Below, one piece after another: positions 1 through 14,393 of a stretch of 64,000 nt of DNA. The stretch covers positions 62,001 through 126,000 of the forward strand of contig MU058475.1 of the NCBI GenBank assembly GCA_013265495.1, in the 5' to 3' direction. Origin of the DNA: Vicugna vicugna. Lineage: Eukaryota. Position numbers and translations under genes: made by a program. The notes below the pieces were generated by a model. It saw only the letters and a list, made by a program, of their open reading frames with translations. It did not search any database and was not told the origin of the DNA. Positions within the stretch are counted from its first letter, which is position 1. Each line of letters begins with the position of its first letter.

Positions 1-1399
1 AATTTCAGGAGCCGGGTCTCAAACAGCAGCTCTGATTCAGATGCACCAAATACCCAAGTGGTTGCAAGTGCGGAACCTCAGAGGAGCAAGTCACCTGGGG
101 TATGAGCCAAGATGTTTTCTTTTCCTAGGTGTGGGCTCAGCCCCAGAGGGGCCCAAAGACACATGGCCTTTGATCCCTGCCCATGATCAGAAAGGCCTGC
201 GTACCCCTCACAGACCAAGGAAAGAGCGACTGTAACTCTCCAGGAGGCACTGGGGAGGGGGGCGGGGCAGAGCTCTTCTCAACATACAGCAAGAGGAAGA
301 ACTGAGCCTACAGGCCCCGTCTCAGCACAGCTAGTGTCTGCTCGGGTGGCTGAAACCCTCCACCCCTGCAGGGCTGGACCCCTCTCCCCTCTCGCTGAAG
401 GAGGAGGGGAAAAGACAGACAGTTTGCAGAAGGCGAGGTGTCTGGGCTCGCGGGGAGGCAGCTCCGCCACCTGACCCCCGTCCCAGGCTCCTGAACTGGT
501 TTCCGATCATCTGTTACCCGCCCCCTCCGTGGTAGCAGCAGCCTTCCCGCTGTCTGCTGGGGGCTCGCTATGCCGGGTGTCACACTGAAGTGCCTATTAG
601 CACAGCTTCCAGCCCCTCCTGCAGCTGCCGCCGCTCGGTGCCAAAGCCAGGCTGTTGTTCTGGTTGAGTTTACTCTTGTTCGGGGGCTGGCAACGCTTCA
701 CACCCTGTGCAGCAGCCACTTAAAGTTCCTGCTTATGAAAAAGGCGAAAATCTCCTCATAAGAGAGAGGGATCGCTTCATAATTCCTGCTTAGACCACGA
801 CATCATTCCCCTGGTCCTCATTCTGCCGCCAGATTCCCCTCCACCACTGGGACGCTTATTTAACTCACCAGATATGAGCAGGCGCTGATATAAAAATAGA
901 GGCAGGCGGTGGGAGCTGGCACCTGACTCACCGTGTGGCAGGCGGCAGGGCTGGGCAGACAGCTGCAGCCTTCTCCTCTCCCCCTCCCCCTCCTCTGCCC
1001 CCACCAGTCCCCTCAGAGCAGACACTGGATAAAGCAGTGCTATTTGAGGCAAGTTTCTTCAAGGCTCATTTATCATTTACGATTTCCCTGCTTCAGGGCC
1101 TGATCTGGGAGGAAAACAGCACAAACTCTCATTCCCCTGTGGTCGTTAAGGACTTTCTGCAGAGAGCATTCTAGCTCCCTGCCAGCTCATGGCGGGAACG
1201 GGCTGAGAGGAGGCGAAAAGGCTGCAGCCCACGTCTGGCTCCCACTGCAGGGCCCAGGCTGCGCCCCTCCCAGAGCCAGGACTGCTTTGCACCCCCCTCC
1301 GCCTGGGACCGCCGGTCTGCCTGTCCCCACACCAGCCACAGCTCACAAGCTCTGGGCGCCCTTGTTTCAGGGACCATCTGAAGGTGAGTCAGAGACCCG

Positions 1400-1770
1400 A
1401 GTCCTCCCTCTTGCCCCAGCAATGCTGGTTCTCGCTCTCTCTGCTTAAAACAGTCCCATGGCTTTCCATCACTCTTAGAATCAAGGGAAAATGTAGGCTC
1501 AGCTGTGAAGGGTCTTCAGGCTGGTCTGCCTCCCCCTGCATCTTCACTCGACACCGCCCTACCCCACCCTCACTCCCCCAGTCCCACCCACCTCTCTGCA
1601 GGGTGTGAACCTCCAGCCCACCTGGCCTGGCAGGAGCGGCTCCCTCCCCACTTCACCTGCTCACTCAATGCGCTTGCTCACGGAACTCCTCTCCTGACCC
1701 TTGGCTTCCTCTATATCGCCGTCACACCCCACGCCTCTCCTGTAACGCATGCTAAGCGTACAGACTAACA
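1400..1770 (+). mobile_element. Degraded L2 LINE fragment
   Basis: CTGCTTAAAACAGTCCCATGGCTTTCCATCACTCTTAGAATCAA resembles the L2 3' region; boundaries approximate. Confidence 0.5.
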
Positions 1771-3689
1771 TTGATTCACATGGTTATTGGATGAATTCTG
1801 TCTCCCGCCCTGCATTGTAGGCTCCCTGAGGCTGAGACCTGGACTCTCTGGTTCACCTTTTGTTTTAGCAAATTGTTGGACGGCTGCAGGGTGTGCCAAC
1901 GAGCAGGGCAAGAGTGGAGTGACAGAGCCCCAGATGCTTTTAGAAACTGAGCTAGAGAAGAACCCAGACTAGATTTTGGATGTCTTGACCCCTCCACCTG
2001 AGGGAAGGACAGCCCCACACCTGTGTCCTTGGATAAACAGGAAGATGGGTGAAGAAAAAGGACACTTGCCTGGCTGTGAACCATGACCTTATGTTCTGCT
2101 GTGGCCAGGAACAAATCTGTTTTCCTCACTGTGTCTGGATTGCCCTTTTGGGAAAAAATGACCACCCAGTGCAGGGCTGGGACAGGGGTGTAGCAAGTGA
2201 GGTGCCCAGGGAGGAGAGACTTGAGGAAGTGCCCACCGTGGACGGCCACCCTGTCCCTGCAGACCCCCGTGCTTCTCCCACGTCAGCGAGAGACTCCCTG
2301 TAATTTCAGAGGTGCTGAGATCCCCAGCTTTCAAATTCCAGGCCTCCATTTCCAGCGCTGCGTAGGAAGAAATAAATTCACGGTTCCTCCCAAGGGATGC
2401 AGGTCCTGCCTGGGCATCCCTGGTGATGCTAGCATGCCTGCCGGCTGTGGCCCCTGCACCCAGCCCTAGAGGCCTGAAATAAACATCAGAGGAAAACCTG
2501 GGTTCCAGAGAACCTTCCAGAGACAGATGCGAGGGGCACTAGGCACCCTTTGTAAGCATTTATTGGAGAAGTTTAATTGCAGTCGAATTATTCCACTCAC
2601 TAGTGCCTCTCAGTGCCTGCAATAAAAAGGCTAATCATTAACTATGTGCTGATGAATGAACATGGCCGGCGGGGAGGGACAGGGGCGGAATTGTAAGCAC
2701 TCTGCCTTAGGAAGAGCAGAGTGTAAATGGAGCCTTTTCAGAACTTGGACGTGGAGGAATATCGATGGTACTTGAGTGTCCCCTTCTCCTCATTCTTCCT
2801 CTCGTCCTGCCTCCTGCGGGGCTTCAGAACAGCCTCTCCTCCCTCTCCCCGGGGACCCCACCAGGAGGAGTGGGGAGGGCAGGATCACAGGCTGTCAGAG
2901 GGACAGGGACCGCCTGGAGCCAGGCTTCTGCCTCCTGTTAGAGATGGGAACCCACCATCATCCTCAGAGCCAGAGCTGTCCACCGGGTTCACTCAGGACG
3001 CCTCTGAGTCTCAGGGAGGAGAAATGAAAGGAGCAGATTTAGTCCTCTCAGCAGGTGCCTCCTTGGATGCAGCGGTCCTCTGCCTGCCTGCCCAGCCAGA
3101 AGCCCTAAGCTCTGTCTGCCTCAGGAGCCCCGCCTCCCGCCCCTGTCACTGGCGTGGGTGTGAATGGATCTGTCTCCCCGGCTGGAAATACCACTCAGGT
3201 TCCTGGGGTCTTTTCTTCTCTGTTTTTTTTTTTTCATTTTTCACTTAAATATTTTTAATATTAACATAACATATTTCCTAAGAAACGTTGAAAAATTTTG
3301 CCATATAAGAAAGGCAGAAAAAAATTACCTGTCATCCCCCCTAAGAAACCCTCGTGGTGATTTATCACTTTGACCTACTTGCTTCGTCTCTTTTGCCCTT
3401 TATTTTTTCTCCCCCTGGTTCAGCAGATCCCTGCTGACACGTGGCACATTAGCGCGGAGCTGAAGGGCTCCAGGCAGCTCTGCCGCCCAGCTGGTGCCCG
3501 CTAATCCTGGGGAATTTTCAGACCCAGTGCATATTTCAGCCCAGGGAAAACATAACAGCTTTAAAATAAGGCAATAGAATTTGGGGCAAAATTCTTTAAG
3601 CCTGTGTGTGAGATTTGAGCTGTTTTTCAGGGATGGCTAAAGCCAGACCTGAGCAGTGAGAGAGGCTGTGTTCTATTTTTAGGGAATAC

Positions 3690-4560
3690 GAACAGGCTGA
3701 GGTCTTGGAACAACACTCCCTTTGGAAACAACTAAAAAGCCAGATAAAGTACTTTGAACATCTTACAAGCACTGAAGGGTTGACAAGATGGTAACGAATT
3801 ACTAGGCCAAAGTCTAAAGGGAGCCAGCCGCGCAGTGATCTAGAAACAGCTGAGAGCGTTCGCTTATCTCAGTCACCTTGTGCATGGGCGATAACGGCTT
3901 TGCAAAGCGGGGTGTTTCTGTCATGGGGCTGGGACCCTGAAGGGTTCCACCACGGGGTGAGTCCTGCCCCACATGGACACTCAAGGATCTGCAAGGCCAG
4001 TTGCCTTGGCACTGAGCATGTGGCCGTGGCGTGGGGTGCAGGTTCCTGGGAAATTGTAAGCACAAGCTGAGTTCTCACACGTATTTGCAGCCCACATTCT
4101 TACCACCTGGGGGGACCAAGAGACTTCAGGCTGTGAGCTTAATTTAACATCGTCTCAGATGAGTTGCATCCTAGGACACCCCTGGCAGAAGCAAATGCAG
4201 GTCCTTTCTGGAGAGAGTCACCTTTATTCTGGGTTTCTAAGTGTCCCACAAATAGATTCATATTATTCCACAATTCTGCTTGCTCTGTTAAAGGAGTAAG
4301 ACACAAGATAACGAATATCCACAAGAAGCAGAGAACTATAAAAATATGACCCAATTCATCTGAAAGGTAATAAAATAATTTCTAAAATTTTCTGAAAATT
4401 AAAAATTCAATAACAGAAATTCAGAACTGAACAAAAGGGTTTAGCAGTAGGTTAAGTAAGTTACAGGGAGAATTAGTAAATTGGAAGACCAGCTAGAGGA
4501 AATTACCCCCCGGTGCCATTCAGATAAACCCTCTAAAATGAAAAATACAAAAACAAAACA
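3690..4560 (+). mobile_element. Ancient L1 5'UTR/ORF1 remnant (left part of a split element)
   Basis: A-rich ORF1-like text such as AGAATTAGTAAATTGGAAGAC; many stops; appears to continue at about 6517. Confidence 0.55.
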
Positions 4561-4619
4561 AAAACCTTCTTAAAGGCAGAGGATATAGGAAGTTCTGACA
4601 TTCTACTCTTTGCTTGAAC

Positions 4620-6516
4620 TTTTTTCTTTTGGTTAAAATGTACGTACAATGAAATGCACAAATCTTAATTGTACAGTCACTGAACCTGAGCTGTGTAACC
4701 CAATCCTTTACCAAAATGTAGAACATTTGCAAAATAGAGAAAATATAGAACTCCAGAAATTCCCTCATGCCATTTCTCAGTCTCCACTCCCACTCCCAGA
4801 GACAATGATTGTTCTTTTTCTATACCATAGACTAGTTTTGCCTATTCTAGGAAATCGTATGCAAGAAGTCTTACAGTCTATATGCTTTTGTGCAATTTCC
4901 ATTCACACAGGACATTTTTGAGATCCATTTATGTTGTGATGTTCATCTGCAGTTTGTCCCTCCTTATTGAGGAATGGTATTCCAACAAACAGGTGTACAC
5001 AATTTGTTTATCCATTTTTCTATTGATGGACGCCGCAGCGGTTTCTAGTTTTCACTGCTATGAATGAAGGTGCTATTAGCATTCTTATATAAGTCCTTTT
5101 GTGATTATGTCTTTTAATCTTAGTGGGCAAATTCCTAGGAATAACCTTATCAGGTATTAGAGCAGGTGTATATTTCATTTTATAAGCAATTGCCAGATGT
5201 TTTCCAAAGTGGTTGCCCCATTTTACATTCCCACTCAGGGTATGAAAGTTCCAGTTGCCACATACTTGCCAATATTTGGTGTCAATCCTTTTCATTTTAG
5301 CCGTAATAGTGGCGATGTAGTAGCATCTGACTGATCTCTTGTTTTGCATCTCTTTGATCATTAAAAACATTGAGCACTTTTTCATGTGCTTATCTTTTTT
5401 CTTCAACTGTGATTTTAAAAAACCCCACATAACATTAAATTTAGCATTTTATTTTTTAAATTTTTTTTAATTGAGGTACTGAGGATTCAACCCAGAACCT
5501 CATGCATGCACATACTCTACCACTGAGCTACACCCACCTCCCCCAAATTTAGCATTTTAAACATCTGTAAGTGTACAGTTCTGAGGTGTTAAGTATATTC
5601 ACATGCTTGTGCGAGCATCACCACCATCATCCACAGAAACTTCTCATCTCCCCAAACTGAAATTCTGTTCCCATTAAACACTAACTCCCCATTTCCTCCT
5701 CCTCCCCCAGCCCCTGGCAACCACCAGCCGACTTTCCATCTCCATGAATTTGACTCCTCTAGGTACCTCCCATAAGGGGGATCATATCATATTTGTCCTT
5801 TCGTGACTGGCTTATTTCACTTAATGTAATGTCCTCAGGTTCATCCATGTGGTACCATATGTCAGAATCTCCTTCCTTTTTAAGGGTGAACAATATTCCA
5901 TTGTATGTATATACCACATTTTTGTTTATCTATTCCTCCATGAATGGACATTTGCGCTGTTTCCACCTTCTGTCTATTGTGAATAATTCTGCTGTGAACA
6001 TGGATGTGCAAATACATCTTTGAGTCCTGTTTTTATTTCTTTGGGGTATATACTCAGAAGTAGAATTACTGGATCACATGGTAATTTTATTTTTAATTTT
6101 GGGGGGAATTGCCATAACATTTTTCAGACTGGCTATACCATTTTAAGTTATCACCAGCAATGCACAGGGGTTCCAGTTTCTCTATTTTCTTGCCAATACT
6201 TGTTATTCTGTTCTACTTGTTTGTTTGTTTTTGTCAATAACCATTGTAATGAGTGTGACTATATGCTTATTTTATTGGTCATTTATATATTCTTTATGAA
6301 GTGTCTGTTTAATAAAAATCTGCCTATTTTATTGCATTTTTGTCTGTTTTTATTGAATTTTAGAGGCTTTTTAAGATAGTTTGGATACCAACCCTTTGTC
6401 AGATATATGTGTGGCAAATGTTTTCTCCCAGTATGTGGCTTGACTATTCATTTTCTTAATTGTGTTCTTTGATGAGCAACTACTTTAAATTTGCTGAAGC
6501 CCAATTCATCAATTGT
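4620..6516 (-). mobile_element. Antisense L1 3' end/ORF2 C-terminus, with a second L1 3' end (L1MB-like, about 5410-6250) nested inside
   Basis: ORF 5020-5430(-) reads KHMKKCSMFLMIKEMQNK, typical of the L1 ORF2 C-terminus; two separate L1 3'UTR termini at about 4630 and 5420. Confidence 0.8.
5452..5544 (-). mobile_element. tRNA-derived SINE (Vic-1-like), short copy
   Basis: Reverse complement has A-box TAGCTCAGTGG and B-box-like GGTTGAATCC; 15-bp target-site duplication (TSD) AAATTTAGCATTTTA at 5437-5451 and 5545-5559. Confidence 0.85.
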
Positions 6517-7340
6517 TCAGAATGGAAAGAGAGAAAACATGGGATTGCAGGCAACTTGAAAAAACAATGGCTGATAATTTCCCAAACCTGCTGAAAGATA
6601 CCAATCCACATATTCAAAAAGCTTGTAAACTCCAAACAAGATAAGTAAAAAGAAACTTACAATTAAGTGCAACATAGAGAAGCTGCAGAATATCAAAGAC
6701 AAAGGGAAATATTGTTTTAGAAAAGCTGAAAAGTGGGGAGAAGGAAATGCAGATGGCTTCAAAGAAGGAATAGGCTGACTTTGACTTCTCAACAGCAACA
6801 GTGGCACACAGAAAGTGGAGAAATGTCATCTTCAATATGCCAAAAGAAACACCTGCCAACCAGGAATTCTGTGTTAGAAAAAAATGTCTTTCACGAATGA
6901 GGGAAAAATAAAGACATACATAAGCAAACAAAAACGGAAAGATTTTGCAACCAACAGGTCATCAGGAAAGGAAATCCTAAAGGCTGTGCTTCAGGCAGAA
7001 GGGAAATGACCCCACTTGGAAAGGACCCACAGGAAAGAAAAAATGAGCATAGAAAACTGTTATTATACAAGAAAATCTAAACTTTATAAAACAATTATAG
7101 TATCTTGAGGAGTTTAAAACCATGACTGAGTACAACAAATAATAATATCTAGGGGTTTATAAAGATAGAATGAAAATGTGTGACAAGTTGGGAGGAAGGT
7201 AAATGGATGAGTCAGCAGTCCGCAAAGGGTCTTGTGTTGTCCAAGGAGGATAAAAGTATTGATTAATTTTAGACTTTGATTGGGCCGGACTAATAGCACA
7301 AGATAAAAAAAAAAGATTTAAACCCAAATATGCCAGTAAT

Positions 7341-7525
7341 GGGGGAGGGTACAGCTCAAGTGGTGGAGCATATGCTTAGCGAGCACTAGGTCCTGTGTTC
7401 AATCCCCAGTGCCTCCTCTAAAAACAAATAAACCTAATTACCTCCCCCAAATGCCAAAATAAAATAGTTAAATAATACAATTTTTAAAAACACACCAAAA
7501 ATAAATAAATCTTCACTTAAAAAAT
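7341..7525 (+). mobile_element. tRNA-derived SINE (Vic-1-like)
   Basis: GGGGGAGGGTACAGCTCAAGTGG...GTTCAATCCCCAG head, AAACCTAATTACCTCCCC tail motif, 13-bp TSD ATATGCCAGTAAT at 7328-7340 and 7526-7538. Confidence 0.9.
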
Positions 7526-7631
7526 ATATGCCAGTAATTATATTAAATATAAATGGACCAAGTGTCTTAATTAAAAGATAAAATTTTCAGGCTGGAAAAA
7601 CTATTTAGCCTTATACTGTTTACAAGAAATA

Positions 7632-7650
7632 TGTGTGTGTGTGTGTGTGT
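7632..7650. repeat. (TG)n microsatellite
   Basis: Visible TG run. Confidence 0.85.
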
Positions 7651-7699
7651 ATAATATAAGGATACATCAAAATTGAAAATAAAAAAATAGAGTCAAGAG

Positions 7700-7900
7700 T
7701 TACAAGTTCACCACTGTCTTTGCTCTGTCACTCTTCCTAGTTTACAAATTTAGGCAAATCACTCAGTCTTGAAGCCTCATTTTTATCACTTATAAAGGCA
7801 GAATAGTAATCCCTGTGCTGGCTACCTTTTTAGATAAAATGAGCTAATGTACATGACAGTTCTTCACATAGCATAAGACACAGTATTAACATATGAGATG
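7700..7900 (+). mobile_element. MIR SINE
   Basis: TTAGGCAAATCACTCAGTCTTGAAGCCTCATTTTTATCACTTATAAA resembles the MIR core. Confidence 0.65.
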
Positions 7901-7967
7901 CATGGTCTATTAAAATGCATTGTTGGGGGTGCATTTTCGGTGCTACACTGGGTAGAACTGTTGCCCC

Positions 7968-8344
7968 TGTTATGGACTCACTTGTGCCACCATCACTCCA
8001 AATTCATATGTTGAAGCCTTAATCCCCAGCACCTCAGAATATGACTGTATTTGGAGACAAGGTCTTCGAAGAAATCACTAGGTTAAGAAGTCTCTGGGTG
8101 GGGCCTAATCCCATGTGACTGGTGTTCCAGAAGGAGGAAATTTGGACACAGACATGGAGACAGGGAAGATGAAGGGAAAAAACAGGGGGAAGACAGCCGT
8201 CTACAAGCCAGGGAGGGAGCCCTCAAAAGAATCCAGCCCACCCTGTCTTGATTTGGGGTTTAAAGCCTCCAGAACTGTGGGGGGAAAATTGCTGTTGTTT
8301 TAAGCCACCCAATGTGTGGTAATTTATTACAGGAGCCTAATACA
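7968..8344 (+). mobile_element. MaLR solo LTR (MLT1A/B-like)
   Basis: TG...CA termini; CCAAATTCATATGTTGAAGCC, ATGACTGTATTTGGAGA and TTTAAGCCACCCA motifs typical of MLT1. Confidence 0.85.
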
Positions 8345-11300
8345 GGCCCCATGAAGGAAATTGAGATAGATGGGGTGGGCAAGGATCCCACCCTTGGCAC
8401 ATGAGACTGCTATTCTTGAGGCCAGCTCCAGGGACCAGAATTCTCTGCCTAGTGACAAGTTTTAGGAAACCCCAGCGACTGTCTTGCAAAAGGCAACCCT
8501 GATTCTACAGACCCCTATGAGAACCGCCAACATCATCTGTGCACATTTCACAATCTTTCTTTCGCTCACTCACCATCCCCAGAACCTCTTCAAGATCAGG
8601 AGAAGCCATTTAGAAGCTGAGAAGCAGGGGCAGGGTCACTCAGAAGGCTGAGGGCACCTTCTTTAAGTGACAGGGCCAGCCTTGGTGAGGCATCCCCTGT
8701 TCCTCCTTCAAGTCAGCTAACCTCCAGCTGCCTTTACTGGCCGTGCCACTTTTGGAAGTTGCAGCCATAACCTGCTGGGGAGAGTGGCTCTGGCTGTGGT
8801 GACCAGGATGCAGGTGGACCAAGACACTGGAACCCACCGTGCTGAGCACCATCAAAGCCGACCCTCTTGGCCTCTCTCTGAGAGCTGCGTCAGCTTGTGG
8901 GAACTCCTCAAAAGGACTGTGACATCAACAGAGCTGAAGGGGGTGACTCTAAAGGACAGTGCAGAGCAGAGAGGAAATGGAAGTGACAGAAATGGGGCAA
9001 AAAGGAAAGGGAGGAAGGCAGGCAGGTAGACTGGCCACACAGGCTCCCACAGGGGCAGGGCTGGTCTGTGGCCTCACCCCTTTTCCGCCTCCAGTCTTGG
9101 GGCTGATACGCTGCCAGGTGACAGCAGGGCTGCTCTGTGTCCTCAAGGCTGGGGAAGGCGATGAGGGATGTATTTCCCTGTAAGGACCCATATCTGGGAC
9201 CGTCAAGCCTTGTCAGAAAACAATACTGTGCAGGAGGGAAGCCAGCCCCATAGTGGTGAATGCAAAGCTACCAGGATGTCCACAGTGTCCAACAGTTCAT
9301 GGTCCAGGGTGGACCCTGCCTCCTTCCCAGCCAGCAGCTCCCACAGGCTTTGTGGTGATCAGAGCCAAGACATAAGGTCCTGTTTATGGTGGAGTCGTGA
9401 CAGCAAACTCCCGAGGATGGGACCACAACTTAGCCATCTCTGTACCCCTTACACATAGTAGATGGGCAATAAAATATTCCATTGACCCTTCATGGGTTCT
9501 GCTGCATCTGGGGTGACAGGTCAGGGGACTAATGCAGCCAGGAGGTACCCTGATATTCCTTGGTCAAATTCTAACTCCCAGGGGTTTATATCATAGAGCC
9601 TAGGGTATACCCCAACCCCAGATCATAGGGAAAATTTTTTGTTGTTTTCAATTCTCTCACAGCTCCAAAAATGGATTCTCTGAGATGGCTTTTCAATGGG
9701 AAATCAGCCGTAACATTATTCCCTCTCGTGCCAAGTGCACTGCTGCCACACAGGGCTTTTTTGCTTCTTACTATTGTACACACACTTAGAGCTGCTGGAA
9801 ACAGATATCTCTCTCCTCACTCAGCACAAATACATGTATGTGTTCTCCCTCCCCCCCATATATATACACACATACACACACACTTTAAATACATATACTT
9901 TAAATATATATTTAAAACTCATTCTTTACTATACCACACCAAAAAATATACTTCCAAGCCTACTATGAGTAACACACTTGACCAAATACCTATAATCACA
10001 AGCTAATAGAAAGAAACCTAACAGAAAGAAAGGTACAGAGCACTAATGAAATGTGTGATGCTTGTCTTTTTAGAGAAGTATCAGAAAGAAAAGGTAATTT
10101 TTAGGTTTGGCACATTTCCAGTGAAACCACACAATTTATCATTTTTGCACATGTTTTCAGTAGAAGAGCCATGTCAAAGATGGTGCAGAAGGAAATGCTA
10201 CCAGATTACATCAAAAACTTCTGTTGGTTCTAAAATATCATAAGTCATTGGATGATTAAGATCACAGCAGACATGGGTCATTTCCTCCTTACATACTTAC
10301 TTAAATCCTGATTAAGTGATCTTGGGTTTTGGTTAGAAAAGGATTAACACGCCAGTAAGCTGACTCATGTAATTTTGATTTTTTTTCCCCTGGCTGCTGG
10401 CTACATGAATTATTCAGGCTGTGTGTGTGTGTTGTTTGCTCTGAAATGCTTGTGTAAATTTATTATTATCAATAAAAGCAGGATTCCCCTGAAAGACTAG
10501 AATTTAGCCCACTTTTAACCTTAATCCACCATAGGTGGATAAATACATGGCTTTCAGTGGACACAGTATCATATACTTGTTTTATTAAAATTTTAAGTTC
10601 TACTGAATGATTGATTCTCTTGATATCTGGGTTGGGCAGTATTCCTATACTGGAGGCTTCGGTGATTTCAGAAGCTTCTCAATAGGTCATAAAAAGAGGG
10701 AGTAAACATATGAAAATGTGGCATATAACATAGTTATATTGGTAACCCTACTTAAAAACTTATTTCCAAATGAGTCTATTACCTTCTTTGAGTCAGAATC
10801 TATTTCATCTAAGGACCACGTTTCCTGGGAGTCTTGACTGGAGAGAAACATGAGACTACTTATTAAAATACGTTAAGAGAGATACAGTGCTCTCTTACAG
10901 AAATTCGAACTGTTACTATGTTTTGTGCTTTTAAAACACTGCGGGGTGGGATAGGGCTGTTCCTTCGCCCCTGCTTACGCCCGGTGCCGGTCTCGGCTCC
11001 CTCCACAGCAGGCATTTCCTGGCCGGCCCGCCCTCAGCCCCGTTCCCGCCTTGCATGCGCTGTCTTTCCTCTGCAGTGTTCATTTGGTTCTTCCTCGCCC
11101 TCCTCCCACCTCTGGGAGCCGCTCTCCTTCCCAGTCCCCCACCTGGAAAAGCGGCTTCTTTATACCACCGTCACCCGGCACCAAGCATAGTACATCCCAA
11201 TCGGGAAGGGAAGTGGTTATCTTCGCTTACAAAGGAAAACTGGCTCCTTAAATGCAGAACACAGCGCTTTCAATCAGACCCCGAGGTTCGGTAGGGACCT

Positions 11301-11721
11301 CTGATTCGGGAAGGACACGCCCGCCGTAGGTGGAGCGGGAAGGCGCTCCGCGGGGCGGCCCTCGGGCCCCAGCACCACGGCCAGCGCCCGCCGCCGCTGA
11401 CTCAGACTCCGCCCCGGACTCCGGCGCGCGGCCGCCCCTGCGCCCGCTGCCGACCCGAGCGCTGCGCAGGGCGGGGACACCCCCGAGGGTCAGGCCGGGC
11501 CACGGCGGGCCTGCCAGTTTGGGGAATGGACCCCATCCAGAGGGGAAAGCCGTGAGTATGGGAAGACTTAACTCATGGTCTTGCAAGGAGTGCACTCATA
11601 TTGCGAAAAGTGACGTAGGAAGATGGGGTCCCTTTTCCTCCCCTGATCCCCGCCGCTCCCCGCTCCCCCCCCGCAATTAAAGACAACAAACAACTTTTTG
11701 CAGCATAACAGAATGGCTGAG

Positions 11722-11727
11722 TTTAAT
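11722..11727 (-). terminator. ACTA1: ACTA1 polyadenylation signal ATTAAA
   Basis: TTTAAT on + strand, about 220 nt after the stop codon, followed on the minus strand by GU-rich GTTGTTTGTTGTCTTT. Confidence 0.75.
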
Positions 11728-11948
11728 GCTTCAAGTTTTCCATTTCCTTCCACAGGGCTTTGCTTTAAAAATAACAAAATGAGGTAAATAAGTTAATGTA
11801 TGTACACGTTATAAACATTGTGTCGGTTTGCGGCGGCAGCAACGCAAGTGGTTGGTGAGGAGTTGCTGCGCGGTGGCTCGAGGTCAGCCACCTGCACCTT
11901 GAGCAGATTTGTCGTCCTGAGGAGAAGTCGCAGCTGTTGGAGTGGGGT

Positions 11949-13621
<1,673 letters not shown>

Positions 13622-14393
13622 GGTGTCTGGTTTCTGCAAGGACGGGAAGGCCGTGCAGACACATGGCATGTCAGGCAGGAGGCCCCGCCGGCCCGAGCGC
13701 CTTCCCTCCCCCGGGATCTACGGACTCCCCCTCCCCAAGCCCTTTGCGCATCCAGCCAAGGGAGCAATCTAAGCCACTGGCCCGAACTTCGTTCGGGGCT
13801 TGGGGCTGTGGTGCGCTGGGGAGAGAACACAATGAGAATTTGTCCTCCAATGAGCCCAGACACATTGTCCCTGCGAGTTCTCTGCCTTCACTGCAGGCCA
13901 CCTGCTGCAAGCGTCAGGCGCTAGCGCCTGCCCTCGCTGCGCTTCGGTGGCCTCACGTAGGAGGTTAAGGCTCACGAATCCTGCTCCTTGGGACTGTGAG
14001 GATGGGAGAGGCGGCCCGTGGGAAGGGCTTTGGCACTCCATCCAGGAAGGAATGGCCTATTTCGGACCCCCACGAATTCCAGACACAACCAGGGGCCCTT
14101 TCGCCTGATGGAGAGCCCATAAAGTAGTGGCCCTTCCTTTCCTTTGGCTCTTTTGGGAGGGAATAGCCCTTAGGACGGCTAAAGCAAAAGCTTTCATCTA
14201 CCTTGGCACATACTAAGCGTCAGGTGGAGCAGCCCAAAGGGGCTGGGAGTAAATTTGGAAACTTTTTTTGTTGTTGTTTCTGTCTCCTCTTTAAAGGCTT
14301 AAGATAGAGTGTGACGACTGGGATCTACCGGAGCTGTCCGGGCTCCCCTCGGTGGGGCCCTGTCCCCCTGTCCCCATCCCACTCCCGCCCTAC

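Larger units (their letters stand above)
6517..7690 (+). mobile_element. Ancient L1 ORF1 to ORF2-start remnant (right part of the split element)
   Basis: AATGGCTGATAATTTCCCAAACCTG (ORF1 ENFP-like motif) and TTAAATATAAATGGACC (ORF2 endonuclease LNING motif). Confidence 0.75.

Noticed and set aside
1776..3248. ORFs 1776-2249(-) and 2727-3248(+) of 157-173 aa
   Set aside because: No recognisable domain or convincing exon structure; lengths are within chance expectation for GC-rich intergenic DNA
5020..6931. Several 70-136 aa ORFs
   Set aside because: Decayed L1 ORF2/ORF1 remnants or their antisense, not host genes
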